DNA of 50,497 nucleotides from Candidatus Nomurabacteria bacterium (GTDB lineage Bacteria > Patescibacteriota > Minisyncoccia > Phycocordibacterales > UBA2100): assembly GCA_943356775.1 (NCBI GenBank), contig CALRFU010000006.1, positions 1 to 50,497 of the forward strand, read 5' to 3'. Below are positions 26,624 to 36,023 of this stretch, piece after piece (positions within the stretch are counted from its first letter, which is position 1; every line of letters begins with the position of its first letter). The position numbers were made by a program, and so were the translations under genes. Under the pieces are notes generated by a model, which did not search any database, was not told the DNA's origin, and worked only from the letters and a program-made list of their open reading frames with translations.

Positions 26624-26683
26624 TGGTATCCCTTTTTCCAGAGTGATTGTACGGCAACATCATACTCTGCCCCGCACCCTAAG

Positions 26684-27067
26684 TCAATTTCCGACAAGTT
26701 GGGTCACTGTACCCCCAATAAGAGTTGCTATGACCCACGCACCAAGGATAAGCAGCGCACCTATAATGACGTAAAGAAAATTCTCTTTTGCTTTTGTAAG
26801 TTCGCTGGGATTCCCACGCGCTTTGATAAACATAAACCCAGAGACAACGAGGAAAAGTGTGATTATCGGGAGCGCGACCATAACGAGGACCTTTAGAGCT
26901 CCGGCAATAAACGCGGGGATAGTACTGAAATTTGAATTGAGCGGGTTACAGAGTCCCGCAGAGCAATCAGCGGCGTAGACCAGATACGGTACGGCAACCG
27001 ACGCAGCAGCGCCCGAAGCCGCTGCTAGCCGGAGAAATACATCCTTGACGGTCTTGTGTGGGTTCAT
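26684..27067 (-). CDS. VirB2/TrbC-like pilin
   Basis: Signal ending VYA, LCNPL, SGFMFIKARGNPSELTKAKENFLYVIIGALLILGAWVI. Confidence 0.8.
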   Translation of the reverse strand: MNPHKTVKDVFLRLAAASGAAASVAVPYLVYAADCSAGLCNPLNSNFSTIPAFIAGALKVLVMVALPIITLFLVVSGFMFIKARGNPSELTKAKENFLYVIIGALLILGAWVIATLIGGTVTQLVGN

Positions 27068-28365
27068 AGTCCTAAAATCTGTCCTAATTCCTGGTCTGCG
27101 CGCTGTACCGCATCGGCGACAAGCAGAGCCCCGCTCGTCGTGTTCTCAATCATAGCGCGGAAAAGTACGGCTGTCTTTTCGGGGTCGGGGTCAAGCCAGG
27201 AGTAGGCCGCGATAACTTGTTTATTGAAGAAATCTTCATTCCCCTGCGCCGGCTTATTCAAAATGTCGCGACGTGCACTCGGAATCCCCAGCGCAGACGA
27301 GAGAGTTCCTCCGATATCAGCCGAGACGAGCAGGAATGCGACCGTAGTCGCGCCACCGGGGTTCTTGCCCGCGCGCGAGGCCGCCAAGCCCCAGACATGC
27401 GCGGTGTTGATGGTATTCGACCCAGGACGAATCTGCGGCAAAGGTGCGAATCCGAAATTGAGATTGGGATTCGTACGCGTGATGAACGGAGCCTCGCTTG
27501 CATAGCCTATGTAGATGGCTACGTCCCCGGCGGCGAAAGCCTTCTGCGACTCGGGGAGCGAGCGGCTCCACGAGTAATGGTTCTTGGAAGGGTCTGCGAA
27601 TTCGGTAAAGAAGCGCAGGGCCGAGGCGGCAGATTGTACCGAAGTGACTCCCGCGCGCGGCGCAAGTGCGGGAATAAGACGCCCCGCATTGTCATACGCC
27701 GTGATGTCTCCCCCGGCCTGGAGTATGAGGGTCGCCAGGATATCTTTTGCATTCGTCACATTCTTGTATTCACCGAGTGCAATCGCGGACTTCACGAGTG
27801 TTCCTGAATCGTTCTTCTTGGTTATTTTCTGCGCTATCTGATACAGCTCATCCCAATACTTCGGAGCTTGCGCATATCCCGCAGAGGCGAGCATGTCTTT
27901 GTTCCAGTAGAGAATGAGCGGATCAGCAAAAATCGGGACGGCAATCACCCCGTTCTGGGCCAGAAACGGATTAGCGGCTTCAATGAAAGTATTCTCGAAT
28001 TGCGCTTTAGAAATCGCCGAGAATGGGATGGTAGAGACCTTACCCGCATTCTTGAGTGCGTAATCCTGCCGCAGCAGGAACAAATCAGGTCCGGTCCCGC
28101 TCGCAAGCGCATTTGTAAGATCCGCATCAAAAGTGGATGCGTCTCTTTGCTCGTACGTCACTTGGCTCAATTCTGGATGTGTCTCGGCCGCTTGCCGCAT
28201 GACGACCGCAAAGGCGCCCTGATCGAGCGTACCCCATATCTTTATCGCACCGACCGTGTTGCTATCTCCACCACCAATGGCAAGAGAGAAAATGAGGACG
28301 CCCGCTATGGCAAGCCCGCCGAAAGTGACGAGCAACGAGAGTTGGAACATTGAGAGTTTCTTCAT
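27064..28365 (-). CDS. Extracellular solute-binding protein (carbohydrate ABC type), membrane-anchored
   Basis: N-terminal TM, IKIWG, GTGPDLF, DPLILYWNKDML, PKYWDE, AFAAGDVAIYIG, FAPLPQ. Confidence 0.85.
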   Translation of the reverse strand: MKKLSMFQLSLLVTFGGLAIAGVLIFSLAIGGGDSNTVGAIKIWGTLDQGAFAVVMRQAAETHPELSQVTYEQRDASTFDADLTNALASGTGPDLFLLRQDYALKNAGKVSTIPFSAISKAQFENTFIEAANPFLAQNGVIAVPIFADPLILYWNKDMLASAGYAQAPKYWDELYQIAQKITKKNDSGTLVKSAIALGEYKNVTNAKDILATLILQAGGDITAYDNAGRLIPALAPRAGVTSVQSAASALRFFTEFADPSKNHYSWSRSLPESQKAFAAGDVAIYIGYASEAPFITRTNPNLNFGFAPLPQIRPGSNTINTAHVWGLAASRAGKNPGGATTVAFLLVSADIGGTLSSALGIPSARRDILNKPAQGNEDFFNKQVIAAYSWLDPDPEKTAVLFRAMIENTTSGALLVADAVQRADQELGQILGL

Positions 28366-28937
28366 ACGTTCTTTATTAGTGGAACAAGTTTACATATAAG
28401 CCCGTAGTGATGTGCCCCTGCCGAGAATTCCCGCTGGAGCTCAAACCCCGACCCGCGCGCAAGCGCAAGCGCGGCATCTTTTGTGACAACGTCACTCTTC
28501 ACCGGCCCCATTCCGCCGAAGGACTCCGACCAATCTATGATAGCAAGTCTTCCCGTCGGCTTTAGTATTCTCCACGCCTCTTTGAGCACCGCGGCCTTAT
28601 TCTCTATTTGAAACAAAAGATTCGAGATGAGCACGAAGTCGAGTGTCTTGTCCGCGAGCTTGGAAGAGCCCGGCCGCTCGAGATCGGTCCATATGACATC
28701 GACATTCTTGAATCCGCGTCGGTGCGCCTCATTCTTGACGCGACGAAGGAGGTCCCGTTGCACATCTATCGCATACACGCGTCCTGAATGTTCGAGCGCC
28801 TCCGCCATATGAAGTACGTAGATACCGCCGCCCGAACCGAAATCGGCAACGGACATGCCCGGCTCAACACCAAGCGCCGCAACATTGCGCCGCGGGTGCG
28901 CAAAATTCGCCGTATCCAAAGGAGTCTGCGGAGGCAT
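28362..28937 (-). CDS. Class I SAM-dependent methyltransferase
   Basis: VADFGSGGG, VYAIDVQ, DFVLISNLL, RILKPTGRLAIIDW. Confidence 0.9.
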   Translation of the reverse strand: MPPQTPLDTANFAHPRRNVAALGVEPGMSVADFGSGGGIYVLHMAEALEHSGRVYAIDVQRDLLRRVKNEAHRRGFKNVDVIWTDLERPGSSKLADKTLDFVLISNLLFQIENKAAVLKEAWRILKPTGRLAIIDWSESFGGMGPVKSDVVTKDAALALARGSGFELQREFSAGAHHYGLICKLVPLIKNV

Positions 28938-29002
28938 TGCGTACAGTATATACTGCGCGCACGACGCAAGATGCGGCCTCTACGGACACTGTGGGGAAAT
29001 AT

Positions 29003-31504
29003 TTATTCTTCCCCTCCTGCAGCCGCCTCGAATACCACGAACGATGCGACGGAATCCCCTTCGCGCATTTTCATGACGCGCACGCCCTGCGTTGCGCGAC
29101 TCAAGGTTGAGATTTCATCGAGCCCTGTGCGGATGGTCTGACTCTTTTTGGACATCGCGACCAATTCGCCGCCCTTGGCAAGCACAATCGCGGCACCGAC
29201 GAGCTGCTTGGTCTTCGCGGTGATAGACATCGTCTTTATTCCCGAGCCGCCGCGTCCCTGTGTTTTGTATTCTGAAAGTTTTGTCTTTTTGCCGTATCCC
29301 GTCGAAGACAGTACGAGAAGTTCTGCGTCCTTAGAGCCTTTGGGTACGATGCCTGCGCCGACGATGCTGTCACCGCTGCCCAATTTCATTCCCCGTACAC
29401 CGGCAGCTTGGCGACCCATTTCACGTACATCTTTTACCGCAAAGCGGATTGCCTGACCTTTGGAGGTCGCGAGAACGGCATCATCACTAGCAGATACGAA
29501 TTGAGCGGATATGAGCGCATCGCCCTTGTCGAGGCCGATGGCGATAAGACCGCTGCGGCGCACTTCGTGGAATTGCGAGGCAGCAACACGCTTCACCGTG
29601 CCGCCCTTCGTCACCATGATAAGCGAAAGCTCTTCGACTGCCTTCTTCTCCTTCGGCATCGCGAGGATAGAGGTAATCTGCTCCTCCTGCTCGAGTGAGA
29701 TGAAATTCATAATGGACTTGCCTTTGGTCGCGCGTCTGCCCTCGGGAAGGTCGTACATTTTCAATTGATAGACTTTGCCTCGGTCCGAGAAGAAGAGGAG
29801 GTCCGAATGTGCGCTTGCGGTGAGGAACTGCGTTACAAAGTCTTCTTCTTTTGTATCGAGGTCGACGACGCCGACGCCGCCGCGCTTTTGCTTGCGGTAT
29901 TCGCCCGGGTTCGTGCGCTTGATGTAGCCGCCCTGCGTAAGTACCAGGACGGATTCCTCGTCGGCGATGAGGTCTTCAGGATTAAGAGTGGTCGCACCTC
30001 GCTTCACTATCTTCGTGCGGCGGTCGTCGCCGTATTTCTCAATCACCTCGCGAAGTTCTTTCTTGATGAGGTCCATGAGCTTTTTTGCGCTCTTCAAAAG
30101 CGCCGTGAGCTCTTCGATAAGCGCCTGCACTTCTTTCAGTTCATCCTCTATCTTCTTACGTTCGAGTCCCGCGAGCTTCTGGAGGCGCATTTCGAGAATG
30201 GCATTCGCCTGGAGTATGGAAAACTTAAACTTGCTCATCAAATTCGCCCGCGCATCCTCTACATCCTTACTCTTCTTGATGAGAGCGATTATTTCGTCGA
30301 TGTGGTCGAGCGCCTTCTTTAGACCGAGGAGGATGTGCTCACGCTCCTGCGCTTTGCGCAAGTCGTACTGTGTACGACGCGTGACAACCTCTTTGCGGTG
30401 TGCGATGAAATATTCGAGAAGCGCCTTGAGAGAAAGCGTCTGCGGCACGCCGTCGACGAGCGCGACGACGTTGTAGTGGAAAGTCTCTTCGAGCTGCGTG
30501 TGTTTGTAGAGATAGTTGAGCACGGTCTGGGCATTCGCATTGTTCTTCAATTCGATGACGACACGGATGTCTTTGGTCGACTCGTCGCGAAGGTCGCGGA
30601 TGCCTTCAAGCTTCTTCTCGTGCACGAGGTCGGCAATCTTCGTGAGGAGGTCGGATTTGTTGACGCGAAACGGGATGGAGGTGACGATAATCTGATAATC
30701 GCCTTTCTTGCCTTCCGTAATTTCCGCGTCACCACGTACGACGACGCCGCCGCGACCGGTGGTATATGCGTGTCTGATATCCGTCTGATTGAAGGCGATA
30801 CAGCCCGTCGGGAAATCAGGTCCTTGGACGAATTTCAAAAGGTCGTCGGTCGTTGCTTCGGGGTTCTCTATAAGATGAATGGAGGCCTCCCCCACTTCGC
30901 GCAAATTGTGCGGCGGGATGTTGGTCGCCATACCGACGGCGATACCGAGCGTGCCGTTTAAAAGAAGATTGGGTGTCGCGGAAGGCAAGACGCTCGGCTC
31001 CTGCTTGGTGTTGTCATAATTGGGAGTGAAATTGACGGTCTCCTTTTCGATATCACGCATCATCTCGCCAGCGAGACGCGACATCTTGGCCTCTGTATAG
31101 CGGTAGGCGGCGGCGCCGTCACCATCAATAGAGCCGAAGTTACCCTGCCCGACGATGAGCGGGTATCGCATGGTGAAATCCTGCGCCATCTTCACCATCG
31201 CGTCGTACACAGATGTGTCGCCGTGCGGATGGTACTTACCGAGTACATCGCCGACCACCGTGGCCGATTTACGGGTCTTGGCCGATACCGTGAGACCCGC
31301 TTCCTGCATCGCGAAGAGGATGCGGCGGTGCACCGGCTTGAGACCGTCCCGCACATCGGGAAGCGCGCGCGCTGTGATGACGGACATCGCGTAGTCGAGA
31401 TACGACTCGCGCATCTCGGTCGAGATAGAGCGGGAGACGACGTTGACGTGAGCCGGCTTCGGAACCTCAGAGTCTGGGGGGTTTTCTGCCTTTCCACGTG
31501 CCAT
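29003..31504 (-). CDS. gyrA: DNA gyrase subunit A
   Basis: [33 protein letters not shown] (catalytic Tyr), GyrA-box QKRGGVG, beta-pinwheel repeats. Confidence 0.97.
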   Translation of the reverse strand: MARGKAENPPDSEVPKPAHVNVVSRSISTEMRESYLDYAMSVITARALPDVRDGLKPVHRRILFAMQEAGLTVSAKTRKSATVVGDVLGKYHPHGDTSVYDAMVKMAQDFTMRYPLIVGQGNFGSIDGDGAAAYRYTEAKMSRLAGEMMRDIEKETVNFTPNYDNTKQEPSVLPSATPNLLLNGTLGIAVGMATNIPPHNLREVGEASIHLIENPEATTDDLLKFVQGPDFPTGCIAFNQTDIRHAYTTGRGGVVVRGDAEITEGKKGDYQIIVTSIPFRVNKSDLLTKIADLVHEKKLEGIRDLRDESTKDIRVVIELKNNANAQTVLNYLYKHTQLEETFHYNVVALVDGVPQTLSLKALLEYFIAHRKEVVTRRTQYDLRKAQEREHILLGLKKALDHIDEIIALIKKSKDVEDARANLMSKFKFSILQANAILEMRLQKLAGLERKKIEDELKEVQALIEELTALLKSAKKLMDLIKKELREVIEKYGDDRRTKIVKRGATTLNPEDLIADEESVLVLTQGGYIKRTNPGEYRKQKRGGVGVVDLDTKEEDFVTQFLTASAHSDLLFFSDRGKVYQLKMYDLPEGRRATKGKSIMNFISLEQEEQITSILAMPKEKKAVEELSLIMVTKGGTVKRVAASQFHEVRRSGLIAIGLDKGDALISAQFVSASDDAVLATSKGQAIRFAVKDVREMGRQAAGVRGMKLGSGDSIVGAGIVPKGSKDAELLVLSSTGYGKKTKLSEYKTQGRGGSGIKTMSITAKTKQLVGAAIVLAKGGELVAMSKKSQTIRTGLDEISTLSRATQGVRVMKMREGDSVASFVVFEAAAGGEE

Positions 31505-31637
31505 GTTTTTTAATTATATCAAAATGTGACTTAAAATCCAGTGCCAATTGTACAAATTAACAGAAACGTTGTATACATTGCTGCAGTAAATAGTTGCGTG
31601 TAGCGTCTGTGTTTCCCCCCAGTCGGAGAAACCAACA

Positions 31638-31952
31638 ATGAAAAAGTTGCAATGGTACCGTCTATCGCGTGACGCGCAGGATCTGTACCTGAAAATCCTG
31701 TGGGAAGACGCGTACACCCACCAGGCTATCGCCGACTTTCTCTATACGACCAAAGGGACTATTGTCGGACGCCAACAACGGCATCCAGATTTAGCGCCGA
31801 CGGTTCGCGGGAAAGTCGACAATCTCGTTAATCCGGAACGGTTCCGGGACCTCCTCGAGCTTCACGAGCTCGAAAAGCGGTCGAGTTCCCGCCGCCGGCC
31901 GAGCAAGAGCTCGACACCGGCGTCGCGTGGGCAAAGCACAAAGGACAACTGA
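31638..31952 (+). CDS. Small HTH protein, GcrA-like N-terminus
   Basis: LKILWEDAYTHQAIADFLYTTKGTIVGRQQR resembles the GcrA HTH pattern; GGAG upstream and a terminator downstream. Confidence 0.5.
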   Translation: MKKLQWYRLSRDAQDLYLKILWEDAYTHQAIADFLYTTKGTIVGRQQRHPDLAPTVRGKVDNLVNPERFRDLLELHELEKRSSSRRRPSKSSTPASRGQSTKDN

Positions 31953-31979
31953 AGATGATCTAGGCGTTGCTGACTGAGA

Positions 31980-32013
31980 CCCGCCGCGACGTTTCGCGGC
32001 GGGCTATTTTTTT
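31980..32013 (+). terminator. Intrinsic terminator
   Basis: CCCGCCGCGA-CGTT-TCGCGGCGGG followed by a T run. Confidence 0.8.
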
Positions 32014-32021
32014 CAATAATT

Positions 32022-32384
32022 CTAATTCTGTCCGCCGAATTGGTCGGCTCCGCCGCTACCCGTCTGTTGGACACTCGTCTGCTGCTGAAACTGCATTTCT
32101 TGAGAAGCAGCAGCGTCTCGGAGCTGCTGGAATTCTTCCGTCGAATTTGAATACTCCTGCTTCAACCGCTCCTGCGCTTCTTTGACGCTCGTGAAATTGA
32201 ATTCATCCTGTGCGCCCTGACTCAAATTGAGCTGCAGCGAATTCTTTTGGATATTACGGAAGAAAAATATCGCCCATGCGGCGAGTAAAACGACGACGAC
32301 AGAGATGGCGACACCGCTCGCAACGGCGACCTTGTCGTCCTTGGGGCCAGATTTCAGATTGTCGATTGTTTTCTGAACTACCAT
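32022..32384 (-). CDS. Hypothetical single-pass membrane protein
   Basis: One TM (VAVASGVAISVVVVLLAAWAIFFF) followed by a Q-rich coiled coil. Confidence 0.65.
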   Translation of the reverse strand: MVVQKTIDNLKSGPKDDKVAVASGVAISVVVVLLAAWAIFFFRNIQKNSLQLNLSQGAQDEFNFTSVKEAQERLKQEYSNSTEEFQQLRDAAASQEMQFQQQTSVQQTGSGGADQFGGQN

Positions 32385-32417
32385 CAGAGTATTGTACCCC
32401 GTCAGTTGGGAGATCTA

Positions 32418-33038
32418 CTAGGAGGAAAGAACTACAACCTCGTTTTCTTTGCCTGTGAGGTCACGTGGCTTGATGGTCAGCTTATCCACCGGCTTCGTCC
32501 CCTCTTCGCCCGCTTCTTTCAAAAATTGTTTGAGGGATTTTTCATCATAGAGAATAGGGATAATTATTTTCGCCTCGAGCTTCACCGCGAGCTTCTGCGC
32601 CTCGACGGGAGAAAGCGCGCCGTTGCCGCCTACGGGAACGATGAGCACATCCGGTGAATCCATCTCGAGCACGTTGCTTGGCAAATCGAGGTCTCCGAGC
32701 GCGCCGAGATAGAGGACAGACATACCGTCGAAGTGCGCGTAATAGATTGTATTGGTGCGTGGTTCGCTCCCCCACGTAGAACCTGAAGCAAATCCGGTGA
32801 TGACCATGTCTTTCACCTCGTATTCTCCCGGCCCGGAAATAATAAAGGGCTGCTTGTCTCCGCGCGCAGCTTCTTCCGCGCCGTTCATGTCCGGATTATT
32901 GAGCGGAATAAACGCGACGTCGGCGCCGAAATTCGTCGGCTTGAAATTTTTGGACTGCTTGGAAACCGGCCCGAAGACGACCGTTGTGTCCCCCGCACTC
33001 GCTCGTATGCATGCGCCTTCGTGAAATGTAAGAATCAT
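32418..33038 (-). CDS. MBL-fold hydrolase-like protein with a degenerate metal motif
   Basis: ISGPGEYEVKD, NTIY, LYLGALG, DVLIVPVGG and PKIIIP-like pattern; PLNNPDM sits where SHxHxDH is expected. Confidence 0.75.
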   Translation of the reverse strand: MILTFHEGACIRASAGDTTVVFGPVSKQSKNFKPTNFGADVAFIPLNNPDMNGAEEAARGDKQPFIISGPGEYEVKDMVITGFASGSTWGSEPRTNTIYYAHFDGMSVLYLGALGDLDLPSNVLEMDSPDVLIVPVGGNGALSPVEAQKLAVKLEAKIIIPILYDEKSLKQFLKEAGEEGTKPVDKLTIKPRDLTGKENEVVVLSS

Positions 33039-33089
33039 ATGGCGGTATCATAGCATTTTTTCCTATCCCCTAAAGCGCGGAGGGTTTCC

Positions 33090-33117
33090 TTGACCATACT
33101 TTTCACGAACGTATGCT
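33090..33117 (+). promoter_or_regulatory. sigma70-type promoter
   Basis: TTGACC-16 nt-TATGCT. Confidence 0.55.
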
Positions 33118-33125
33118 GGACAGTA

Positions 33126-33308
33126 GCCTTCCTGATCTTTTCCCGTCAGGGCGGCCAAATGACCGGCCTGAATGCCGGCATTTTAGTGCAAGGAAACAAC
33201 GAGGAGTGTCTTCATGAAAATGGCCTTATCGCTGTTGCTCGGCAACGCGCGGCCGCAAGCCGGCACCTTCCAATACAAGGCCGATTCGCGGGCCCAGTAA
33301 CAGAAGGC
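33126..33308 (+). ncRNA. Candidate rod-shaped ncRNA (6S-like?) or 28-aa small-ORF transcript
   Basis: Nested pairings 33126..33134/33301..33308, 33164..33169/33278..33283 and 33173..33179/33259..33265, between a promoter and a terminator. Confidence 0.35.
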
Positions 33309-33333
33309 CTAATTGCTGACTCAAGAACTCGAC

Positions 33334-33367
33334 ACCCCGGGCGGTTCTCGCCCGGGGTACATTTTTT
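33334..33367 (+). terminator. Intrinsic terminator
   Basis: ACCCCGGGCG-GTTCT-CGCCCGGGGT followed by ACATTTTTT. Confidence 0.8.
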
Positions 33368-33487
33368 GACTTTTTAATTTTTGGCGGGTATACTCAAAAA
33401 AGTAGTTTACTAGTGCACGTACGGTTTATACTCCGCCTCCGACAGACACGGTAGAGCAAGAGAAGGAGCACCGATACGTCCATAAAA

Positions 33488-34612
33488 ATGAACTCAGAAA
33501 CTGAGGAGAAGAAGGTTGTTGGTAGTGAGGAAAACGAGGTGGAGGTAGTCCCTGAAAAGCAGGGGCCGATGGCGGAGCTCATGGCTTCTGCCGGTAGCCC
33601 GCCCGTCACAGACGACGTCGTCGAAGGCCCCGTGGTCGCCATCGGTCGCGCGCGCGTATTCATCGACCTCGCGCCATACGGCACAGGTATCATCTACGGA
33701 CGCGAATACCTCTCGGCACGTGAGGCTTTGAAGAACGTAAACATCGGAGACACCGTCACGGCGAAGGTCGTCGGGATGGACAACGCCGAGGGTTACATCG
33801 AGCTCAGCTTGCGCGAAGCCCGTCAGGCGGTCATCTGGAACGAAGCCGAACAAGCGATGCAAAAGAAGACGGTCTTCGAACTTGCGGTCGTCGATGCCAA
33901 CAAAGGCGGACTCATCATCAACTGGAACGGTCTCGCGGGATTCTTGCCTGCATCACAGCTCGGACCTGCGCACTACCCTCGCGTACCGGACGGCGACAAG
34001 GAAAAGATTTTCGTTGAACTCAAGAAAATGGTGGGGAGTAAAGTCGAGGTCATGGTCATCACCGCGAGCCCGAAGGAACAAAAGCTCATCTTTAGCGAGA
34101 AGGGCGCGGGTGTGACCGAACGCTCATCGCTCGTCGAGAAATACCACATGGGCGATACGCTCGACGGCGTGGTCACTGGTGCGACAGAATTCGGCGTCTT
34201 TGTGAAGATTGAAGAAGGCCTCGAAGGCCTCGTGCACATCTCAGAAATGGATTGGGCGCTCGTTGAGAATCCGAAGACACGCTTCAAGGTTGGAGACGCG
34301 GTGAAGGTGAAGGTCATTGAAATCAAAGAAGGCAAAGTCTCGCTCTCTATCAAGGCACTTCTCGACGACCCATGGAAGGCAGCCGGCGCGAAGTACAAGA
34401 AGGACCAGCGCGTGGAAGCTGTCGTCATCAAATACAACAAACACGGCGCACTCGCCTCTATCGAGGAAGGTGTAGCCGGATTGGTACACGTCTCTGAATT
34501 CGCAAGCGAAGACGACCTACGCGCGAAGCTCGAACTCGGCAAGGTATATCCGTTCACCATCACCTTCTTCGAGCCGAAGGACAGACGGATGACACTCAAG
34601 CCCGCAGCATAA
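33488..34612 (+). CDS. rpsA: 30S ribosomal protein bS1, short form
   Basis: Tandem S1 domains: GYIELSL, NKGGL, GFLPASQL, FGVFV...EGLVHISE. Confidence 0.92.
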   Translation: MNSETEEKKVVGSEENEVEVVPEKQGPMAELMASAGSPPVTDDVVEGPVVAIGRARVFIDLAPYGTGIIYGREYLSAREALKNVNIGDTVTAKVVGMDNAEGYIELSLREARQAVIWNEAEQAMQKKTVFELAVVDANKGGLIINWNGLAGFLPASQLGPAHYPRVPDGDKEKIFVELKKMVGSKVEVMVITASPKEQKLIFSEKGAGVTERSSLVEKYHMGDTLDGVVTGATEFGVFVKIEEGLEGLVHISEMDWALVENPKTRFKVGDAVKVKVIEIKEGKVSLSIKALLDDPWKAAGAKYKKDQRVEAVVIKYNKHGALASIEEGVAGLVHVSEFASEDDLRAKLELGKVYPFTITFFEPKDRRMTLKPAA

Positions 34613-34707
34613 GGTGCTAGGTTTCAGGTTCCAGGTTTCAGGAATAAAAAATCCCAGGTGAAAAATTAAGGCCTCCTCTGGCACCTGGAGCCTATTCCCT
34701 ATAACCT
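34612..34707. repeat. Inverted heptad-periodic arrays between the convergent rpsA and pth
   Basis: AGG at 34612/19/26/33/40 and CCT at 34684/91/98/34705, all with period 7. Confidence 0.8.
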
Positions 34708-35296
34708 AATTAAATCGGTTCATCCCGATTTGAGGTCCTTCTGACACGACTACTTCAAGTGCTTCTGCAACCTTTTTGAATACTTTTTTGAGTTCAACGA
34801 GTTCAGCCGGCTTGAATTTGGAGAGAATGAATTTGATGACCTCATCTTCCCCTTGCGGCTTCTTGAGTTTGCCTCCCGGAGTCTTAGGGGAAACACCAAC
34901 GCGCACGCGCGTGAACTTCTTGGTCTTCACTGAATTCATAATCGACTCCACTCCTCGGTGCCCACCGCTTCCTCTATTAAATGAGAGCTTGAGTCCGCCA
35001 ATGGGTAGGTCGAGGTCGTCATAGATGACCACCATACGCTCGGCAGCTTTCTGACTTTTGACAAATTTCATGACCGCCGCGCCCGATTTGTTCATAAATG
35101 TGTCGGGGGCGACGAGTACCACAGCCGTTTTCCCTATCATGCCGCTCGCGATATGCGCTTGTGACTTTTTATCTTCTTTCCAATCGCCAAATTTCATCGC
35201 AGATGCGAAATATTCAAGCGCCAAGCGACCGGTATTGTGCCGCGTGCCCTGATACTCCTCACCAGGATTGCCTAAGCCGACGATTACCCATGCCAT
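34706..35296 (-). CDS. pth: Peptidyl-tRNA hydrolase
   Basis: IVGLGNPG...TRHNTG, TFMNKSG, YDDLDL, GGHRG, RVRVGV; start trimmed to ATG 35296. Confidence 0.95.
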   Translation of the reverse strand: MAWVIVGLGNPGEEYQGTRHNTGRLALEYFASAMKFGDWKEDKKSQAHIASGMIGKTAVVLVAPDTFMNKSGAAVMKFVKSQKAAERMVVIYDDLDLPIGGLKLSFNRGSGGHRGVESIMNSVKTKKFTRVRVGVSPKTPGGKLKKPQGEDEVIKFILSKFKPAELVELKKVFKKVAEALEVVVSEGPQIGMNRFN

Positions 35297-35416
35297 GCAC
35301 TCCATTCTATCAGAAAAAAGAAAAAGTTCGTCGAGAGAAACATTTTGCGTTATAAAAATTGACGCAACATTGTAAACACTTGGTGTCAACGCCTTCGCCG
35401 CAGTAGAATATCGTAC

Positions 35417-36013
35417 ATGACTGATCCCGTGATGCAAGAAAGTTCATCATCGGATACCCCAAAAGATAATCAGCGCAGTTTACTCGTCTACACGGTCGTA
35501 GCGCTCGGCCTCGCGCTCTTCATCCGCTTCTTCATCGCAGCTCCGTACGTCGTTTCGGGCGCTTCGATGGAACCGAATTTTCACGACTGGCAATATTTGA
35601 TAGTTGACCGCATTTCATACGATGTCGGAGCCCCCGCCCGCGGAGATATCATCGTTTTTGACCTCCCACAAAACGAAAGCAAGGCTCTTATCAAGAGAAT
35701 TGTCGGCTTGCCGGGAGAAACCGTCATGCTTTCGGGCGAAAAGGTGACAATACTCAACGAGAAAAATCCAGAGGGCTTCACACTCGAAGAGCCATACCTC
35801 GATTCCGCAAATCTCATTGCTGTGAATGACCTCACGATGAAGCTCGGCGCGGATGAGTTCTTCGTCCTGGGTGACAATCGTCGTGTCTCTGCCGACTCAC
35901 GCGTCTGGGGCTCACTTCCACGCAAAGATATCGTCGGTCGCGTACTATTGCGTCTCTATCCGTTCGACCAACTCAGCATTCTCCCGTCCGAATCACGATA
36001 TTTAGAAGAATAA
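35417..36013 (+). CDS. lepB: Signal peptidase I
   Basis: VSGASMEPN (Ser), LIKRIVGLPG (Lys), FVLGDNRRVSADSR. Confidence 0.95.
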   Translation: MTDPVMQESSSSDTPKDNQRSLLVYTVVALGLALFIRFFIAAPYVVSGASMEPNFHDWQYLIVDRISYDVGAPARGDIIVFDLPQNESKALIKRIVGLPGETVMLSGEKVTILNEKNPEGFTLEEPYLDSANLIAVNDLTMKLGADEFFVLGDNRRVSADSRVWGSLPRKDIVGRVLLRLYPFDQLSILPSESRYLEE

Positions 36014-36023
36014 TATTCATCCG

